Shown here: one piece after another, positions 25,101 through 39,210 of the stretch
Layout: each line of letters starts with the position of its first letter
Position numbering within the stretch: position 1 is the stretch's first letter
Assembly: GCA_051362555.1 (NCBI GenBank)
Contig: CM120646.1
Span: 13,702,001 to 13,766,000, forward strand
Length of the DNA: 64,000 bases
From: Lingula anatina
Lineage: Eukaryota > Animalia > Brachiopoda
Reading direction: 5' to 3'
Notes under the pieces: generated by a model
Database searches by the model: none
Told to the model about the DNA's origin: nothing
The model's input: only the letters and a program-made list of their open reading frames with translations
Program-made: the position numbers and the translations under genes

Positions 25101-28100
25101 ACAGCATACCTTCTAAAATAATGGCACGATTATGCTGATTTACGAACTCAACCTGCATTTTAGTAAAATTGACCACTCCTGTGACTTTCATGACAATTGG
25201 CCCATCTGTTTTTCTTATATTGTGTTTACAGTGTTGCATATAGGCTGAAAAGTGTAAAAAACAGCATAACTAGTAAAATAGTGGCCCGATCATGCCGATT
25301 TTCGAACTTGACCTGCGTTTTAGTAAGATTGATTACTCCTGTGAGTTTCATGACAACAGGTCTATCGGTTTTCCTTGAAATGTGTTAACAGTGTTGCATA
25401 TATGCTGAAAAGTGAAAAAACAGCATAACTACTAAAATAGTGGCCCGATCATGCTGATTTTCGAACTTGATCTGCGTTTTAGTAAGATTGATTACTCCTG
25501 TGAGTTTCATGACAACAGGCCAATCGGTTTTCTTTGAAATGTGTTAACAGTGTTGCATATATGCTAAAAAGTGAAAAAAAACAGCATAAATTCTACAATA
25601 ATAGCCCGATCATGCTGATTTTCGAACTTGACCTGCGTTTTATGAATATTAGTCAGCTCTGTAAATATAAAGCCAAAAAGTAAAACTGTCTTCCACTTAT
25701 GTTGTTAACGCTGAAAGTGCACGGCGACGGCGACGGCGACAGCAACGGCGACATGATCGGCGACGGCGACGACAGACGCAGGTGATGGCAATATGTACAG
25801 ACACATCTGTGTCTGTACATAAAAAAGCATAACTTCTTCAATAATGGCCCGATCATGCTTATTTTCGAACTTGACCTGCGTTTTATGAATACTCATCAGC
25901 TCTGTAAATATAAAGCCAAAAAGTAAAACTGTCTTCCACTTATGATGTTAACGCTGAAAGTGCACGGCAACAGTGACGGCGACATGTTCGCCGACGGCGA
26001 CGACAGGCGCAGGTGATGGCAATATGTACATACATATCTGTGTCTGTACATAATAAAATATATGTATCATGGATTTTCAGAAAATGTGACTAGCATGGGT
26101 CTTCAAGCCCGTGGAGGTTCTAAGACACACCTTGAAAATGCCAATATGGGAAAAATTAAATTTTCACAAAAAACTGATTATCTGCCAAAAAAATTTACCA
26201 AATAGTCTGCATTGCCCACTGAAGCTTTATTTAAGTCCCATGTTTCTTCCTGTAAGTTTGAGAACAGTAAGTGACATGGTTTTCCTTAAATGGTCATCAT
26301 GGGAGCAGTGTCCAAAATAGGGGTGTCTTCAAATTTTGATGCACTATTACATAATGTTTAACAGGATAATTACCATCAATTTTTAATAATAAAATATTAG
26401 TATCATGGATATTCAGAAAATGTTCCTAGCAAAGGTCTTTAGGCCAAAGGAACTTCAAAGTCACACCTTGAAAATGCCAAAATGTAGACAAGACAGCACT
26501 GTCCTGAAATGTGTTTTTTTCCATTTTAAACAATTTTATAACATATAACAAAATTAACAATTTACTGCCATTTATATATGATCAACTAAGAAAATTGGTG
26601 AGATGGGAAAAATATCAATAGAACAGTGTCAAATGTCCAATTTCCTCCATTCTGAGTTTCTGAACATAGTGAATGATTGAATCTTACAAACTGCAATGAT
26701 ATGAGTTTATTTCCATTTTTGACACCTTATTACACAATACACGATTACAAGTTTACCATCATTTTTACGTAATCAACTAACAATGTTGTAAAAATGCAGG
26801 AAATGTCAAACAAACACTTTTACGTATCTTATTAATTAAATAATGAGACTGTGAACATGCCTAAGAATTGAATCTGAGGAAATGTGAAAAAACAGCATAA
26901 CTATTAAAATAGTGGCCCGGTCATGCCGATTTTCGAACTTGATCTGCGTTTTAGTAAGACTGATTACTCCTGTGAGTTTCATGACAACAGGTCTATCGGT
27001 TTTCCTTGAAATGTGTTTACAGTGTTGCACATATGCTGAAAAGTGAAAAAAAAACAGCATAACTACTAAAATAGTGGCCTGATCATGCCGATTTTCGAAC
27101 TTGATCTGCGTTTTAGTAAGATTAATTACTCCTGTGAGTTTCATGACAACAGGCCTATCGGTTTTCCTTGAAATGTGTTAACAGTGTTGCATATATGCTA
27201 AAAAGTGAAAACACAGCATGAATACTACAATAATTGCCCAAACATGCTGATTTTCGAACTTGACCTGCGTTTTATGAATATTCATCAGCTCTGGAAATAT
27301 AAAGCCAAAAAGTAAAACTGTATTCCACTTATCGTGTTAACGATGAAAGTGCACGGCGACGGCGACGGCGACGGCGACATCGACGGCGACAGGGACGGCG
27401 ACGGCGACGACAGACGCAGGTGATGGCAATATGTACAGACACATCTGTGTCTGTACATAAAAAAGTTTCTTCTAATCTCTTGCCTCCCTCTTTTCATGTG
27501 ATAAAGCACAAATACAAATTATAATTAAAAAAAGATCATCATGCTTTTTGTCTGCCACCAAAGTTTTCCCAACATTTATAGCAAATACTGAAAATCTATC
27601 AATTAGAGGAGAGCAACAACACAGTTACCCTGAAATAGAAACAGTGGGGAGACTTGGGGTGGGTAGGGTGTGGGTGGTAAGGGGGTGACTTGGGGTGGGT
27701 AGGGTGTGGGTGGTAAGGGGGTGACTTGGGGTGGGTAGGGTGTGGGTGGTAAGGGGGGGGGTTGGGGCTCATATACTTTACCCTCAAAGCAATTTTGAGT
27801 GCATGTTACTGTTTTTTTTCTTCAAATATAAAAGTTTAACTTTATGAACTTCTTTTCATGCTGATAATTATGATTTGTTTTGCAAAAGCAAAACGTTCAA
27901 GTTGATTTTAAATTCATTTCATGAATTTTTACAAAGTTTTTGTCATTTTGAACTCCCCCCCTCAAAAGCCCTTCAGTTTCACAAATATATAATTATAATG
28001 AGTAGTCTAGCTATGTTGTGAATGCTTATAAGTTTTAACTTTTAAGTTTTAACTTGAAATGTTATATCACAAATAATTATTTTAACTAACTGACTTTAAA

Positions 28101-29297
28101 TTAAAGCTATAATAAAAGGCAATAATGAAGCACTGAAATCCCTATCTATACATGATAACTGTTACCTGGAGTCAAGAGACAGATGGACATTATCTTAACA
28201 GTTAAAATCTAAACTTAGATATAACAAAATATTTCTTATGTGTCACTGACTTGTTTCTACTCTTGCTACAAAACTTCACAGAAGCCAGTCCCAAACAAAG
28301 AGTAAACACAGAGGCAGATGCATGCAAGCAGTAGAGTAAGTCAAATTTCATGTTTTGTTTTCATTCAAACTATTAAAAAAGCTTAAAGTTTATATAAATA
28401 AAATTCTCAAAGAACTAAACAACACTTAAATTCACACTAATGAAGCCTCTTCTAAACTACACAAATAAAGATATCTAGATACAATGATCACATAAAAAAT
28501 TATGATCTATCAAATTTTTTTTTCATTAAAACCATGACATTTTTTACTTTCCCTAACTCAATATGCTTCAACAAAAATGTCTCTCGTTGAAGTGGCTTTA
28601 CACATGATCAAATTACAAATTGTCTTCTTACATTAAATTCAACATCTCTTCACATACAGTTGGTAAAAAATTAGTTTGGTAGAATTAATGAAGAGCAAAA
28701 TGAGCAAGTTATTTATACACAACATTCAAGATTAATAAGCAGGTTGCTTGTAAATTATTTATATATTTATTGGTAAAAAGGAACTAGGTCATTATCTTTA
28801 TATAATTAATACAATTAGGTCATATATTGTAGAAGGTTCAACACAGGACAAAGTCAGAGCTTCTGTTATCCACACAAAAAAAATATAAGGTCACATACAC
28901 AGACAAAATACAGACGGTGGATAAATGTTTAGACACAGAGTGTATGTGCACAACTGATAAAACACTTCAATGCTGTATATTAACTTACATGCACTTATGG
29001 ACAACCACCACCAGTCTGTTTCTTTGGCCGCTGTAGCGTATGGTGATCTGTATCTTGCCCAGTCCACTGTCACTGCCCATTGCACTAGTTTTACTGGAAT
29101 ATATGATATAAAATTATGTGCTACATGTTACAGTGATTCTAAATATGATTATCACAGAGATTAGACAACATTGTAGTTTGGTGGAAAAGCAATATGAAGA
29201 AGAAACATATGACATTGGATAAATTGCAAGGGGATCCTCATCTTTTTTTTTAAAGACACCCAACTGATTTCTGTACAAAAGAAGTTAAGGAGAAGTG

Positions 29298-29348
<51 letters not shown>

Positions 29349-31979
29349 GGGGGGGGGGGAGGAGAAAGAGAGATATAAGATATAACAGGTAAATTTATGT
29401 TACCTGTGGATTGAATGTCCTGACCGCCTCCTCATCTCGTTATTCTTCATGCTGGAGTTTGGTGAGTAGTCGGCGGAGCCTGCAGCAGATTTAGTGGGCG
29501 TTTCTTGTGCCTTACCATTTGGCGTGTCCAAGTCTGTTATATGGAGAATGCAATGGTCAGTATTATACCTTATGGACAATTATACTAGTCAATACTTCTG
29601 CAGTCAGGACTTTAAATTGTTAACAGTTGAGAATTGTATCCAAGTTAAAGGTATGATAAATTACCAAACAGGCTATAGTTAAGACTCTGCAATATCAAAT
29701 CAATAAATTACATTTTTTATTAATATTCCTCTTCCCATTAAACCAAAAAGAAAACATTTCTTCTACAAATGGAAAGCAAGGTATAAAACAACCAGAGAGA
29801 AAGTACTATTTCAATGAATACCCTTTCTTATCCAAAAGGGAAACACTTGCCACTCACAGCCAAATTAAGTGAAACAACCTACCAAGATCACAAAAGAGGA
29901 AATTTAAATCAAATCTAATGCTGGAGTTACGAAGTCATGAAGCAACGATAACAAAGTTGGATCACTTGAAATCACTGATTTCAAAGAGCTAGTCCAGTAT
30001 TAGATTTCTTTTTGCTTCTTTTGTGATAGAACACTCCAGGACAAATAAGAACATTCATTCTCTCAACCTACCAGGATCATCAAGAGAGAAAGTAGCAGAG
30101 GGCTCCTCCTCCTCTGCCCCATCTTCTCCCCCTTCCTCTGTATTTTTGTTAGAATTATTGACCAGTGAATCCACAGCCTCTTCTGTTGGCATAGAATCAA
30201 TTGGGGCAGTGCCAGACAGCAGAATCTAATTGTGTTAACAAAAATACTGACTCATTAAAAACTGCTGAATCTTTCAGAAACATAATTTTTGAATGATGAT
30301 TAAAAAATATATTTTTGTGCAGCATTTGTAGCACAAGGTGGCCTGCTTTTCAGTTTTGTTGCTACCACTCAATAGGAATGTTCTAATTTCAAGAATTTAT
30401 GACTTTAAATAATACAGTATCTGTCAAATTCAGAATTTTTCTCCCATTGAAAAGATCGAGTAATTACCATAGACGAATTAATTCTACATCAGTCTGTTAC
30501 CATTAAATGCTAATAAATAAATCACTGACCCTCAGCTGTAACCTCAGTGTTATTTTACTCATTGGTCCAGACTCTTTGAGAGGATATGACTGGAACTTGG
30601 TCATGTCTTCATCATTCAGCAGGTCCTTCACAGGGACTGTCACAAAGCCCAGCATCTTCTTGCTTTTAGAGTCATACACCTGGAATATGATGGACATATT
30701 AAGTTTTACAGAAAAAGAAAAAAAAAACTGATATCCTTGAAAGACAGATTTGCTGGGTTTTATAATTAAACCCTAAGGCTGTCTTTCTGGATCTGTTTAA
30801 TCTTGTATCACTTTTCAACACAGTGAACTATCTCCTCTTCTCAAATACACTGAAATCTATCCTCTAACAAACTTCTCTGTAACACTGGAAAATCTTCACA
30901 TAACGCTTTAACAAAAAAAACTTCTCAAAAACAGATGGTGAAATCTTCTCTAACACACTAAGCTTTCTTCTTAAACACATTTTATTATAGAAATCTTCTG
31001 TAACACACTAGGCTTTATTCTTAAACACAAAGAAATCTTCTCTAATGCATTGCTACATTTACCTCCATATCCAGCTCCTGCATGTTAGGGTTGTGCACCA
31101 AGAACTTGAAGTTCTCCTCAAAGACAGGCTGATCAGTGTTCTTCTTCACCTGAGTCTGCTGTTTCTCCCCTCCCACACCCAGGGTCACGTAGGGAGAGGG
31201 CTCAGTCAGGTACTTACCACCTGAATTCTGGAAAACAGGTGCACAATTAAATTATACATATCATCATAAATCAGCAGTGGACTGCAGTCTTTAATCTTAT
31301 CTCATGATTATCAATAATTTTAGACAATTGAAAATAAATGTTACAGCTAGAGTTAAAGATATTAATTTAAAAGCTTATAGGTGGTCCTGCTCAATCGGGC
31401 ATTCAGCCTGATGATGCTCTTATTATAATAGTAAAAAGCAGTTTTTACAGAATTTTCATTCTAAAGCAAGTGATTTTCATCACCAAAAACTTATCTAAAA
31501 CAAGATCTTGGAACCATGAACAATTTAAAAGAAGAAATTAGTTTCCTGTTACATAATAAACTATGACTACAATCTAATAATGAACCCTAATTGTATCAAT
31601 TTTAGAAAAGAAACAAATGTCAATGAAAAAAATACACCTATTTAAATAAGTAAATAAAGCTCTTAAAGCTTCTTTAATTTATTTAAAAGACATATACTGA
31701 CAGCTTTAACTTGCCAGAAAGTTTAAGTCTTACCGCTCTTGTGACCTTGAGAGGTCAGCTCAAAGGTGAAATCACCAAAATATGTTAATAAGGTCTTAGA
31801 GTGTCTCTCAAAGAACACTCAGGAATATATTTCACGTCTATTGACACAGAAGCACACAGATCATATATTAAGCTCTTAGCCACTAGCAACATGATAGTAA
31901 GAAAACTATAATTGGTGCTGTGTTGATCTTCATAAATCAAAGTTAAATTTATTATAAATAGGAAATAAATGATTAAATG

Positions 31980-32030
<51 letters not shown>

Positions 32031-35000
32031 TTATAATGTGTTTATGTGCAGATACACATAACCCCACTTTAGGCCAGTTGTTAATAAAGAAATCATGATA
32101 GTACCACGTAGACAAAATACCACAGGTTCACATGACAGTGGACATGCAGATTAGCATAATAATATATATGTTACAAAACCCCTTTCCATGGGCTGACTAC
32201 AAGCACAATAAAGTGACAACAACACAACATGTAGATTTGCTTCAGAGCCCCTTACCATACTATAACAACTACAATTTCTATTAATATATAGCATCATCTA
32301 GACTATATGTAGACATGGTGAAACTTCCAGCCCTTCGGTCAAGGACCACTAAAATATTTAGGAACTGTGTAAAAAGTATCAAGATAGTTCTGTTGACTGT
32401 CAGTCAATGGTCAAAAACAAGTCATTCTCAATCTGAATATTTAGACTGGTAGTTGTTCATCTGGAGTGATAAGATTTTGATCTCTGTTCCTGATAAATGA
32501 CCGGCATTTCGACCAATATTTATTTCACCATGTCTGTATAATGAGTTTCAGAGAATACTGGAAATGGCATCAATACAGGATGCCCTTGATACTGGATATT
32601 GCAGAGGCAAGCTGAATACAGATGTGAGTTTCCAGAAATCTCTGAGGTCGCATTCACAAGGAAAGTTGATCTGTAGACTAACAGATCGACGTATCAAATA
32701 CAGCTGATGCACTTGAAAGCTTATCGCGTTGTCTCCCCACAGAACCTATTCATTGTTTATTAGGGGGTTATGCAGCAAGCTTTCAAGTGGGTCAGCCATA
32801 TTTGATCCGTGGATCTGTTAGTCCTGGATCAGCTTGTTCTGAATGCTCCTTAAAACTCATGGTGGTATATAAGCACACAGAAAGCACATATCACACTGCC
32901 CCATACCGTGGATTGACCACTGGCGCTATGTAAAAAACAGCTTCCCGAGGAACCCTGGGTATACACAAGTATTAGAACGATCAAAGAGTGGTCAGCGTAA
33001 CAATCATGGTCATAACGTCAATCGTGAATCTTGAAAAAATTATTTTAAAAGATACAGACTGTTTTGTTATGTGGGGCTTTAGTTCTAATGTCATCTTATT
33101 TTAATTTCTTTTGAAAATAGCAGACCTACAGTCTACTTCAAATTCTTAGAAAGAAAATTTAGTATATCTCGTTTAGTTCTGAAATAAAGTGTAATGAAAT
33201 AATGTGTCATGCAAGATGTGTGCCTTGTCTATGATTAGCTGAGTCAGACCTTTATTTTAACAATGTGTAAGGGAGGAAATTAATAACATTCAATATAATA
33301 TTAATTATAAAAATTCCCAATTTTCAGCCTTTTTAAACCCTGAGCATGCACAAGTTTACCAATGACAGCATTCATTAGTTATTCAAATATAGTGTTTACT
33401 TTAGGAAGTTATAATGAGGAGTGAGAAAGATCTCATAACAGGGGGGATTAGATTATCATTGGTGGTGGGGGGTGGGGTGAATTACCGTCCCAAAATTAAA
33501 ACCAATTGAAAACAGTTCTGTTAAAGCCATCCATGCTTACTGCAGGCCACACATGCCTTGACATGCGTGTTCAATAAAGATGTGATAAATATCTTACTGG
33601 TAGATTGTGGCAGGCATCCACTGTTACCATAAGGAAACATGAGGACAGGTGTTCTTCACTCCACGCCACTGTACACTGCTCAAGAGCCTGAAAAATAGGT
33701 CAAAGGTTAGCCACCAATATATATAGGTCAAGGGTCATTTGAACCATTCATAATTTCACAGTACCTAAAGGTTTTTATCATAGGATAAGAAACTACAAGC
33801 AGATGTAATATAAAACATGCATCAGGTGGAAAAAAGAAATAATAAATTTTTAATTTTCAGTGAGGCAATAACACATAGCAGAATAAAGTGAAACTGCAAT
33901 AATTTTGCAGTTTTTTTTTTTATTTTTCAGTTAGAAGTCTACTGTTTTTGATGTTTTGATCCACCCAGCATACATAAATTCCTTGGTAGAGGACATACAA
34001 AGCATGCCATAGGAGCAGCTATTTCATGCTTTTTGTTTAAGTTTGAAAAGATAACACTGCAATATCCATTGTTGTTAGAAAAAACGTGGTCAACTATAAA
34101 TAAAAGAGATAAAAAAAGACTGCTTTAATATGCAGTAAACCTTTTACTCCACTTGTTCTGTCAAATATGTCTAACTCATTCAAATCTTCCAAATGGCCGA
34201 TGTTATTAGAATAGCAATAACTGGCTAAAGATAAAAAGTTGGCATTCTTCAACCTTCAAGGACCAAATTGAAGCTTTTTAAGAAAGGACAATGCAATAAC
34301 TACACTGCACCAAAAGCTTTTCCTGTAGTCTCCCATAAGCAAGCTCTACCTTTTCTGAACTTGAAGATACCATACTTTGGGTGTTTTGGATTTGGCATAG
34401 TTATCTTTAATCCATTTTTACTGGGCCAAGGTTCCACAAAGAACTTGACATTTTCCCCCAAACATTTAAAGGTTCTGTTTCCAACCTGGCAATTTTTTGT
34501 TGCTAATATAACTTTATTCATTGTACTCAGTTATAATGCTTATTAACAAGTAATAAACATTAAAACAATGTCTATTAATAATAAAAAAACTGATACCATA
34601 AAATGCATTTAGTTGGCAAACTAAACAAAAACAAAGCTAAGGTTAAAATATAGTCCTAGTTCTCTGTGAAACACAAGGATATCCCCTTTCCTAATGGTTG
34701 TTCAATAGGTAATAGGTTATAAGTGAAAAAATAACCAAGTAAAAGAAAGATAATATCAGCAAAATATCTTATTGGGATAATAGAGTATAAAAAGAAAATG
34801 ACTACATTACACAGTAATGCAAACAAAATGTAATTTAAAATACAACTTTATGAAATTAAAAATTTGGAGAAGCAAATAATATGATTAACTTAAAGAATAT
34901 GTATAAATTTTCTTAAATGGTACAAATCGAGTGCAATAACAAACTGAAACTAAAAGATTCCCAAGAATCAGCTGAACCACATGTTGTAGTAAAATTAAAA

Positions 35001-36919
35001 GGCAAATAATACGTACTATTATTTAAAGGAATATGCATATGTTTCTTAAACATTACACGTTTGAAACAACAAACTGAAAGAACTCGTACTGATTCAAATA
35101 TCAAAAGCAAAAAAAAAGCTGAAACCCTTAACAGACTGTTTTAGTCAAAATGGCATTCTTAAATTGAAGAAGCAAGATATTACAAAGGAACAATTAAATT
35201 GAAGAAGCAAGATATGACAAAGGAACAAGCAATACTGTATCAATGATAATTTGATACCATCAGGGAGTGTATAAATGAGTATAAGTAATGTAACAGTAAC
35301 CAACTAGCTGCAAGAACACATCAACAATGAACATTGTTGACAGTTGACATTCCAAAGCCAGGGAGAACCATAAGTCATGAAAAGTCAACCAAACCCTAAA
35401 AAAAATAACTTACCACATCGTGATAAAACAATGCAGAATCAATGAAACAGCATCAGGGAAAAGGAAGAAAAACAAGAGAGATATAAAGACAGAAAATAAA
35501 TCTATATCTAAGTAACAGAGAGCATAACAGAATGCCTGCTCAATGTAACTAAAGGTTCAACAAGTTGGTGCTCATGCAATCAAATAATTAAAGAGAAATA
35601 ATATATAATTTTATCAATGAGGCTTACTACGAGTTAAGCAGCATATAAAATTACACATTTTTAAGAGAACTACTTTTAAATACTTTTCAATCTGAAAAAC
35701 AATAGGACAAATATGCAACAATGTAGCAAACATAAACATCAGGGTGCAGATAAAGACAACCCCCTTCACCCCCCCCCCCCAAAAAAAAAAAAAAAAAAAA
35801 AAGATGTTATGTTCCAGTTCGTCTTTGTTATCAAATTGAATGCACAACTAAATATTGGAACATCAGAACATTGTGAAACATGAACCCTGACATGAACTCA
35901 TACATCTAAAACCATGAATAGTAATATAATAAATATGATTACTAGTAATCTAACATGGTAGTGTCAAATAATCTATATCTGAAAACGCAAAATATTGTGA
36001 ATTAATATTTAGATATTTGTCAGAATTTATCTCGGCATGAATGAAAAAAGTCAATTTGCACAACCAAAAAAAAAAATAATAAATAAATAATAATAATAAT
36101 AATAAACAAATAAATAAATAAATAAATAAGTCCCTTTTGAAAACTCAAAATGGAAATCAGAACGAAAATTAAAATAAACAGACAGTATGTCAAATCATCA
36201 TGAAACTATTGTTGAATTCATTTATATCAAATATAATAAGATTAAGTTTTCCTTATTATTGTAAATATTGCATCTAGAATGAAAAGGTGTCTCACTGATG
36301 GTCTTAAGAATAGCCTTCAAGAAATCTCAAATGGGGATAGCCGGAAAAGTTGCCACCAGGTGAAAGCACTGTGTTTTGATTAAAAAAGAATATCTATGAC
36401 ATTTTTTCGACAATCAATAATTGCAATTGTGTTTTTCTGGTTGTGCAAATAGTAGGTAGTAGGTTAGTAATTATAGTTATGTACCAAAATGTCAGGAATG
36501 AAGAATTTGAGCTGAAACGTTAGTATGGCCCAAGCAAGCTGGTAACATTTTGACTGATAATTCTCTTCAAAAGTCTGAAAAGAAACAAATTAAAACAGAA
36601 ACACTGAACAGGAAAGGGATTAAATTTAAATAATTTCAAAACTTTTGAAAGAAAGATTATTTAAAAAAAAAGTTAAAAAATTCATCAACACAAGTTAGGT
36701 GATTGATAAACATCATAACTAAATTGTCTCTTTTAATTAAAGCAGAACAATATAATTGTGGATATCAATGTAAAAGGTACAAAGAAACCAAATCACTGAA
36801 TAAGCATAGCCGACAGCTCTATATAAACTGTTACTGTATAGCAACTAGAACAATTAAACTATGTCAACTTTGAGAAAAAAATATTATTCTAGCCAAATAG
36901 GTGATTTTTTTGCCAAATC

Positions 36920-36952
<33 letters not shown>

Positions 36953-38979
36953 GGTAGTGTGGCAAAAAAAGTACTATATGTTTTCTTTATCAAATTTATA
37001 ATTTGTTTTATTTACCAAAAATTTACAAATCTTACATGAATCCAATTGAATATTGATAAAAGACAATCTTGTATCATACAATATTAAATTGACTACATCA
37101 CACTTATTCAGTGATATGGATTAAAACCTAGAACCAAACGAATCCTAGATTTATCTTACAGCATAGCACACGGGTACATCGTCATATGCTCTTCTGGACC
37201 GATATCGTTTGTTTTGCACTTCCTTTAATACATTAAGACATAGAGCAAAGGTAAGAGAAGAAAGGAAAAGAAAGCAGACAAACAGTCACTGTGTTTTCAC
37301 AAGCAAGTACAGTGTGACTAGAAATATTAGTAAATGTATTAACAGTACTTAGGGATTAATCAATAGGATAGTTCTAATACAGGGTGGGAACTGGGCTATT
37401 AAAATATATCTTAAAGCCCTGAAAAACAAAATGATATTGTTAAGAGAGGTTAAAAACCATAAGACATCAATCACACAACATAATCAAATGTGGAGGAAAA
37501 AGTAACTACAATAATTTCAGAATTACTTCTCTGAAAAGCAAAAGACTGGGCGCAAAAAGTTGTCTCTTTTAAAACCATGCACTGTAATGTTTTATTGCAT
37601 CTAAACAAAATGCTATACATGCCAGAGAGATGTTATTACATGCTAAAAAGAAATAATTTCAGTGATGTATTCCTACAACTATTCACTAAAAGGAAAGTAG
37701 AAACTCGATTATCTTCAAATAATTCACTACAGATATGCCAAGATGCCCCCCTCTCACCTAAATCTTGGTTATGATTATGTCTTTTTATTTGTCAGCTTGA
37801 AACAATGACTGTGGGGAAAAAATACATTTATCAGTATGCATCCAAAACAGTTTGAAATTCACTACATACAGTCCTACAACCTACCTTGTCTATATCATCA
37901 GGATTTGATGAGAGGTTCAGCCATGTCAGGCGCAGGTGAATCAAACCAGTGTCAACATTCTCCAGGGGGAGCCACTGAAACAAGACAAGCTTGAATAATC
38001 ACGAGCAATATTTCACCCAATTATATCTGTATATTATAACCAAAACTCTTCAATGTTTTTTTAAGGGAGATCTATCAGTACAGCAGACAGGTATCAATTC
38101 AACCATCTTAAAGGGTCTGTTTTTTTTTTTGGATTAAAGGATCAACCAAATAAGAAAAGATTGCACACAGATCCATGATTTTACTACTGTGGCAGGAAAA
38201 AGGGGATGAAAATAATGCAAAGTGAATATTGTTTTATTTTTCACACTTAAGGGGCCCGCACACGGTGAGCATTCGGCGCGCGCCACTTGCGCTGCGCCAG
38301 ATGCTCGCGCTCCTCAGCTCCCCGCAAACGATGTGCTCTTTGCTCAGCAGAGATGCCTCCCGGCCTGCCCCTATCGGACGCACCGCGAACTGTGCGATCA
38401 TGTGATTAAGGAAACATTACATATTTAATTTTTTTTTTGAAAGTAATGGCAAATGGTGACCACGTTAATCAATCAGACTAACTATAACTGTGTACATTTT
38501 TGTTTACTTCACTGGAGGCTGACATTTTTCTTTGTTTCCGGCTACCGGCACATGCGCATTGTTGGCATGGCGTGAGCAATCGGCGCTTGCACCCCGCACA
38601 CGCTGAGACATTTGCCTCAAGAGGCCAAAAATATCAAACACGTGAGATATTTTGCTCAACCGCGCGAGAGGCAAAAATCTCACAAAAATAGCCCTGCACA
38701 CGATGAGAAAATGGCGCAGTGCAAGTGGCGCACGCCAAATGCTCACCATGTGCGGGCCCCTTTAGATGCCAGCTTATCATATTCAGGGGAGAAAAAAAAG
38801 GGGGGGGGGTGCTAGGTGGAGCTACAAGGATCAAGGAACAAACCTAAGCAAAAAAGATAAAATTATATTATAAAAAGTTGAACCTACTGAGTCCATGTGT
38901 CCCTTCTCGGCTACACTACTGATGTCCACACTTACACTGAAATGACACAGAACTCAACTGTGAAACCATGGTGACATGC

Positions 38980-39041
<62 letters not shown>

Positions 39042-39133
39042 TAGAACAAGATTGGACATGCAGACGACCTATTTATATTGGTAAAGTGCTGCTCTCCCCA
39101 TTCTTCATACACTTCTATTTGAAAACAACTGTA

Positions 39134-39210
<77 letters not shown>

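Noticed and set aside
25015-27509. Several 60-100 aa ORFs with repeated peptides
   Set aside because: Translations of the 160-bp tandem repeat and (GACGGC)n; no domain and no splice context.
31734-31837. Segment with a good donor between ESYT exons 14 and 15, where vertebrate ESYT2 has a cassette exon
   Set aside because: The required phase-0 frame contains TGA stops.
34300-34521. 73-aa minus-strand ORF in ESYT intron 13
   Set aside because: No recognisable motif or convincing splice sites; length is compatible with chance.
38222-38834. Cluster of GC-rich ORFs
   Set aside because: They overlap the PIF/Harbinger MITE and show no transposase motifs.
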